From: Nitrospirota bacterium
Lineage (GTDB): Bacteria > Nitrospirota > UBA9217
DNA length: 50,209 bases
Direction: 5' to 3'
Assembly: GCA_963790205.1 (NCBI GenBank)
Contig: CAWBNQ010000012.1
Location: 1-50,209, forward strand
Under the pieces are notes generated by a model. It was given only the letters and a program-made list of their open reading frames with translations. It had not been told where the DNA came from and did no database searches. Positions within the stretch are counted from its first letter, which is position 1, and each line of letters opens with the position of its first letter. Of the stretch, positions 45,727 to 50,209 are shown one piece after another. Made by a program: the position numbers and the translations under genes.

Positions 45727-46410
45727 TTAATTGCCGAAAAATCCGCGGTAGAAGTTCGCGGCCCGCGCCCGGTAGGGACCATAGATCCGGTTCGATTGGG
45801 CGTTGACGTCATTCAGGTCTATCCCTTTTTCATCCTTGAGCCAGTCGAATACGATTTTCGGCGTGACCTCGATATGGAACTGGAGCGCGTAGACGCGGTC
45901 CGAAAACCGGAACGCCTGGTTCGGGTAGAGTTCCGACGAGGCGAGTCGTACGGCGCCCGAAGGCAAGTCGAAGGTGTCCCCGTGCCACTGAAACACCTGG
46001 GCCACGCTCTTGCCGTCCAGCGCGAGCGAGGACATGAGCGGGTCTTTCATCCCCTCCGGGGTGATGGCCACCTCGTACCACCCGATCTCTTTCCGCCCCC
46101 CGGCGTAGACCCGGGCCCCGAGCGCATGCGCCACCATCTGGGCGCCCAGGCAGACGCCCAGGACGTGCTTGTTCGCCTTGACCGCCTGGTCGATGAGCCT
46201 TGCTTCGTTCTTGAGATAAGGATACCGGTCCATCTCATAAACCGCCATGGGCCCGCCCATGATGAGAAGGTGGGTGAAGGGACCCGGATCGGGCACGGCA
46301 TCGCCAATACTCAGGTCGCAGAGGGAAGAGGGTATTTTTTCGGCATGGAGATAATCAGCGATCGTGCCCGGACCTTCGGTAAAAACGTTTTTTATGATAA
46401 GAACCCGCAT
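45727..46410 (-). CDS. Class I glutamine amidotransferase-like protein
   Basis: MGGPM, GVCLGAQ nucleophile elbow, WHGD, QFHIE triad. Confidence 0.9.
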   Translation of the reverse strand: MRVLIIKNVFTEGPGTIADYLHAEKIPSSLCDLSIGDAVPDPGPFTHLLIMGGPMAVYEMDRYPYLKNEARLIDQAVKANKHVLGVCLGAQMVAHALGARVYAGGRKEIGWYEVAITPEGMKDPLMSSLALDGKSVAQVFQWHGDTFDLPSGAVRLASSELYPNQAFRFSDRVYALQFHIEVTPKIVFDWLKDEKGIDLNDVNAQSNRIYGPYRARAANFYRGFFGN

Positions 46411-46419
46411 GCCACGCCC

Positions 46420-46587
46420 CTATGGTTTCTTCGTAAAAAAGAGAAACGCCATCGTCGGCCGTTTGGAAGAGACCGCGGTAACGAACTGGATGCTTTCAAA
46501 AACATACCCTTTCTCCGTCCATTCGTTCAGGATCTTTTCGACCTCTTCGTCCGTCACCGTGCTCGTTTCGACGACTTTGTAATTCAT
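46420..46587 (-). CDS. Small DUF4177-like protein
   Basis: MNYKVVE...EKILNEWTEKGYVFES...AFLFF; 55 aa. Confidence 0.7.
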   Translation of the reverse strand: MNYKVVETSTVTDEEVEKILNEWTEKGYVFESIQFVTAVSSKRPTMAFLFFTKKP

Positions 46588-46593
46588 GAGCAT

Positions 46594-46683
46594 AGTATAA
46601 ACGAGAGAGAGCGTTTTTTCAATGGTGAACGCGCTCAGGCGGCGAACTTTCCTGTTGCCATTCAGAACGAGACAAACTATAAT
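46594..46683. promoter_or_regulatory. Back-to-back sigma70 promoters
   Basis: Minus: TTGAAA-17-TATACT (46594-46622); plus: TTGCCA-17-TATAAT (46655-46683). Confidence 0.7.
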
Positions 46684-46688
46684 CTGGC

Positions 46689-47877
46689 ATGCCGATAAAG
46701 AAAAAAGGCGCCATGACCGGCCTCGACCTGGTTGAGAAACACTGGCCAAAGGACCTCAAGAACAGCCGCGTCGGTCTTGTCGCCCACCCGGCGTCCATGG
46801 CCCGGACCTTCGAACACGCCGTCGACGTCTTCCGCTGGTCGAAGAAGTTCAAGCTCACGGCCCTGTTCGGCCCCCAGCACGGCATCTACGGCCAGACGCA
46901 GGACAACATGGTCGAGTGGGAAGGCTTTCACGACCCGGCCTCCGGGCTTCCCGTGTTCAGCCTTTACGGCAAGCAGCGCAAGCCGTCGCCCTCCATGCTC
47001 GATCACTGCGATGTCCTTGTCCTGGACCTGCAGGACGTCGGGAGCCGGTATTACACGTTCATCTGGACGCTGGACCGCTGCATGCACGCCTGTCAGGAGG
47101 CCGGAAAAACCGTCGTCGTGCTCGACCGGCCGAACCCGATCGGCGGCCATATGACCGAGGGTCCGGTCTTGCGGCCCGAGTTTGCCTCCTTCGTCGGCTT
47201 GCGGCCGCTGCCCGTGCGCCATGGCATGACCATCGGAGAGATAGGCCGCTACTTATGCGCCGCGTTCTATCCGGGCCTCGACTATCGCGTGATCGCCATG
47301 CAGGGCTGGAAGCGAACAGTATGGTTTGACCAGACCGGCCTGCCGTGGATCATTCCGTCGCCGAACATGCCGGCACTCGACACGGCGCTCGTGTATCCCG
47401 GCATGTGCCTGCTCGAAGGCACGAATATCTCGGAAGGCAGGGGAACAACAAGGCCGTTCGAGATCTTCGGCGCGCCCTTTATCCATGCCGGAGACCCTCG
47501 TAAAAGCGCTGAGCGATTTCAAGCTTCCCGGAGTCGTATTCCGTCCGCATTCATTCCAGCCCACGTTTCAGAAGCATGCCGGCAAGCTCTGCAACGGGGC
47601 ACAGATCCACGTCACGGACCGCGGGAAGTTCAGGCCCTTCAAGACCGGCGTTGCGATCTTGAAGGCGATCCACAACACGTGGCCGCGGGAATTCGCCTGG
47701 AAGCAGCCGCCTTACGAGTACGAAGAGATAAAGCTCCCGATCGACATCCTGGCGGGCACCGATCGCCTGCGAAAGGACATCGAGGCATGGAAGGACCTCA
47801 AAGAGATGGAGACGTGGTGGAAGGAAGAAACACGGGCGTTCGAGAAGATAAGGAAAAAATATTTAATCTATAAGTGA
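46689..47877 (+). CDS. DUF1343/NamZ-family exo-beta-N-acetylmuramidase (one +1 frameshift near 47490; about 395 aa corrected)
   Basis: LFGPQHG, DLQDVGSRYYTF, DRPNP, RHGMTIGE, PSPNMP, SEGRGTTRPFE; C-terminus continues in the shifted frame (FQPTFQKHAGKLC.G). Confidence 0.88.
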
Positions 47878-47887
47878 AAGGCAATTT

Positions 47888-47994
47888 TCTCGCAAAGACG
47901 CAAAGAGCGCAAAGAAAAGCATGTACGTCTTGAATTAAACCAATGTCCCTCTTTGTTTTTGTTGTTCTTGGCGAACTTTGCGTCTTTGCGAGAG
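47888..47994. repeat. CGCAAAG-type 8/9-mer inverted arrays
   Basis: ctcgcaaaga/cgcaaagag/cgcaaag ... cttggcgaa/ctttgcgt/ctttgcgaga; same family as 24941. Confidence 0.8.
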
Positions 47995-48056
47995 AAAAAA
48001 TGATTTAATTTTTAGCTTTATTTAAACGTTTCCCCTGCGTCCTCTGCAGCAAACAA

Positions 48057-50131
48057 ATGACAAAATTCCCAATCAACATATTTCTCCCCGCGGCAGGTCT
48101 CGGCGAACGCTTGAGGCCCGTCACGAACCACCTGCCCAAGCCGCTCCTGCCTGTTCTCGGAAGACCTTTGATCGAGATCATCCTCGAACGGCTTACCACC
48201 GTCTGTTCAGGAACGATCGGCATCAACCTGCACTACAAATCCGGGATGCTGCGGGACTGGGCCGCGAACTCGAACTATGGCGGACCGCATCCAATTCTTT
48301 CCCGAAGACCCCATTCTCGGCACGGGCGGCGCGCTCAGGAACGCCGAAGCGTTTTTGTCCTCCGGCCCCTTCATCGTCCATAACTCCGACATTCTCCTGG
48401 ATATCGACTTCTCCCGCTTGCTGGAAGAGCACCTTTCTTCCGGAAACATCGCCACCCTCGTCTGTCACCGTCTCCCCCACCTGAGCAACGTGGTCATCGA
48501 CAAGAACAACCAGGTGCTGGACGTGGAGAACCCCGGCGCCTCGAAGCCCGATCAGTCGACCATGGCCGATAAAACCGCCTACACGGGCATTGCCGTCTAT
48601 TCACCGGAGATCCTTGCCTTCCTTCCCCCGGGCGTGTCTCATGCCACCATAGCCTGGATCGCCGCGTCCAAAGCCGGGCACAAGGTGCGCGCCATGGACT
48701 TTACCGGATCATCCTGGAACGACGTGGGCACGCCGGCGACCTACGCGCGGGGGATCCTCGACGCCCTGAGAGAGAGCGGGGAAACCGTCTGGCTCTCCCC
48801 AAAAGCCCGGTGCAGCCGCATCGAGCTCGACGGCTATGCGGTCCTGGAGTCAAGGTGCGAGGTGCAAGAGGGCTCGCGCATCAGGAACTGTATCGTGATG
48901 CCCGGAGCTATCGTGTCCGGTAGCCACGAGAACCAGGTCCTCGGGCCGGACTACGCCGTCAGCCTTACGGAATCGGACATGCAGCCCTCGCTCCATGCCG
49001 CGGAAAAGAAGCGGGTCTCGCTTGCGGACCCGCTCTTTGCCGCCTTCTTCGGAATTTGCACTCCGAACTCCGAACTCCAAACTGGTTCGACTCATGCTCA
49101 CCATCATGAGCGACAGTCGAATGATCCGGACTCGCCACTCTGGTCTGACGCGATTCTCATCGGTCTCGGCGGCTCGGACCGCCGCTACTTCCGCGTGCGG
49201 AACGACGGCAAGACGGCGGTGCTGATGGAGTGCGGATCCGATGACCCCGATTATGAACGGCACCTGGTGTACACCCGGTTCTTCGCGGATCACAGCGTGC
49301 CCGTGCCCGGCCTCATCGCTGCCGAAGCCGGGACGAAACGCGCCCTCTTCAAAGACCTCGGGGACACGAGTCTCTACTCGTATATGAAACTCGCCCCATG
49401 ACCACGGCCACATCGAGGAAGTCTATTGCAGCGTGCTCGACATTCTGGTCAAGCTCCACACGAGCGTCACGGACCACGTCCGCGAATGTCCGCTGCTCCA
49501 GGCGAGGGTCTTTGATTATGATCATCTGCGGTGGGAGACCGGCTATTTCCTCGAACGGTTCGTGATCGGCCTTACGGGAATTCATGTTCAGAACAGGCAG
49601 GCAGTGGAAAAGGAGTTCCATCGTCTCGCGCAGCAGGTAGACGGCTTTCCCAAGGGCGTCATCCACCGCGACTTCCAGAGCCAGAACATCATGGTCCCGG
49701 CCAACAGCCTCCCGCGGGTCATCGACTTCCAGGGCGCGCGCATGGCACCGCCTGCCTATGACGTCGCCTCGATCCTCTGGGACCCATACCACAGGCTCGA
49801 TGACGGCGTTCGGGAGAGATTGCTTGAGTATTACATCGCTGAAATGAAAAAGCTGATCTCCCTCTCCCCCCAACGGGGAGAGGGCCGGGGTGAAGGTGGG
49901 CATCAGAGGACTTTCGATGAAAAACTGTTCCTCGACAGCCTCATTCCCTGCCGCCTCCAGCGCCACATGCAGGCGCTCGGCGCGTATGGATTTCTTTCAG
50001 CGGTCAAGGGCAAGAAATATTTCTTAAAGCACGTCCCGGAAGCGCTGCGGCTGTTGAAGGAAGAGATCGCTGTGAAGAAGAACGAGTATCCGGAGCTTTA
50101 CCGGCTGGTACAGGATTTATCTTCGCCGTAA
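48057..50131 (+). CDS. Probable fused nucleotidyltransferase (MurU-like) + APH-family sugar kinase (AmgK-like); two +1 frameshifts (~48280, ~49393); about 690 aa corrected
   Basis: AAGLGERLRP.T..LPKPL, GTGGAL, W.DVGT; then GGSDRRYFR, DLGD, IHRDFQSQNIM, IDFQGAR, QRHMQALGAY. Confidence 0.8.
49060..49140. repeat. In-frame 7-mer array with a nested REP-like hairpin
   Basis: actccga/actccga/actccaa then ttcgact..gctca-ccatca-tgagc..agtcgaa. Confidence 0.65.
49857..49900. repeat. In-frame REP-like palindrome
   Basis: CCCTCTCCCC-ccaac-GGGGAGAGGG followed by ccggggtgaagg. Confidence 0.75.
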
Positions 50132-50164
50132 CTATTTAGAGCTTGTATTTAAATGTCCTTTTTC

Positions 50165-50192
50165 GTTATGCCGGACTTGATCCGGCATCCAG
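50165..50192. repeat. REP-like palindrome downstream of the kinase
   Basis: gtt-ATGCCGGA-cttga-TCCGGCAT-ccag. Confidence 0.7.
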
Positions 50193-50209
50193 AGTTTCCT
50201 GAAAGAACT

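Noticed and set aside
39213..49393. Programmed ribosomal frameshifting or phase variation
   Set aside because: No slippery heptamers or long homopolymers; uniform +1 pattern across unrelated genes fits sequencing error better

Overview
Bacterial chromosomal window (GC-rich coding, standard code; gene content and order suggest a Nitrospirota/Desulfobacterota-like organism, which is inference only). Nearly everything is on the minus strand. 1-20.9 kb is the core translation/transcription cluster: tRNA-Thr/Tyr/Gly/Thr, tuf, rpmG, tRNA-Trp, secE, nusG, rplKAJL, rpoBC, rpsLG, fusA, a second tuf, rpsJ, rplCDW and partial rplB. 21-30 kb holds rlmB, cysS, a stand-alone LigD phosphoesterase, small accessory genes, a multiheme cytochrome c and radA. 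30-42 kb is a type II secretion operon (gspCDEFGHIJKLMN). It is preceded by a large Gly-rich repeat lipoprotein and a second GspC-like protein. The right end carries a probable MurNAc recycling unit (NamZ-like plus a nucleotidyltransferase-kinase fusion). Most notable: (1) the cytochrome is one 637-codon frame broken only by an in-frame TGA that is followed by a SECIS-like hairpin, making it a candidate selenocysteine multiheme cytochrome; (2) many short-period inverted repeat and REP-like elements fill the intergenic spacers, nest inside each other, and sit in frame in three pseudopilin leader peptides and in the recycling enzyme; (3) seven single-base +1 insertions at 39-49.4 kb look like sequencing errors rather than real pseudogenes.
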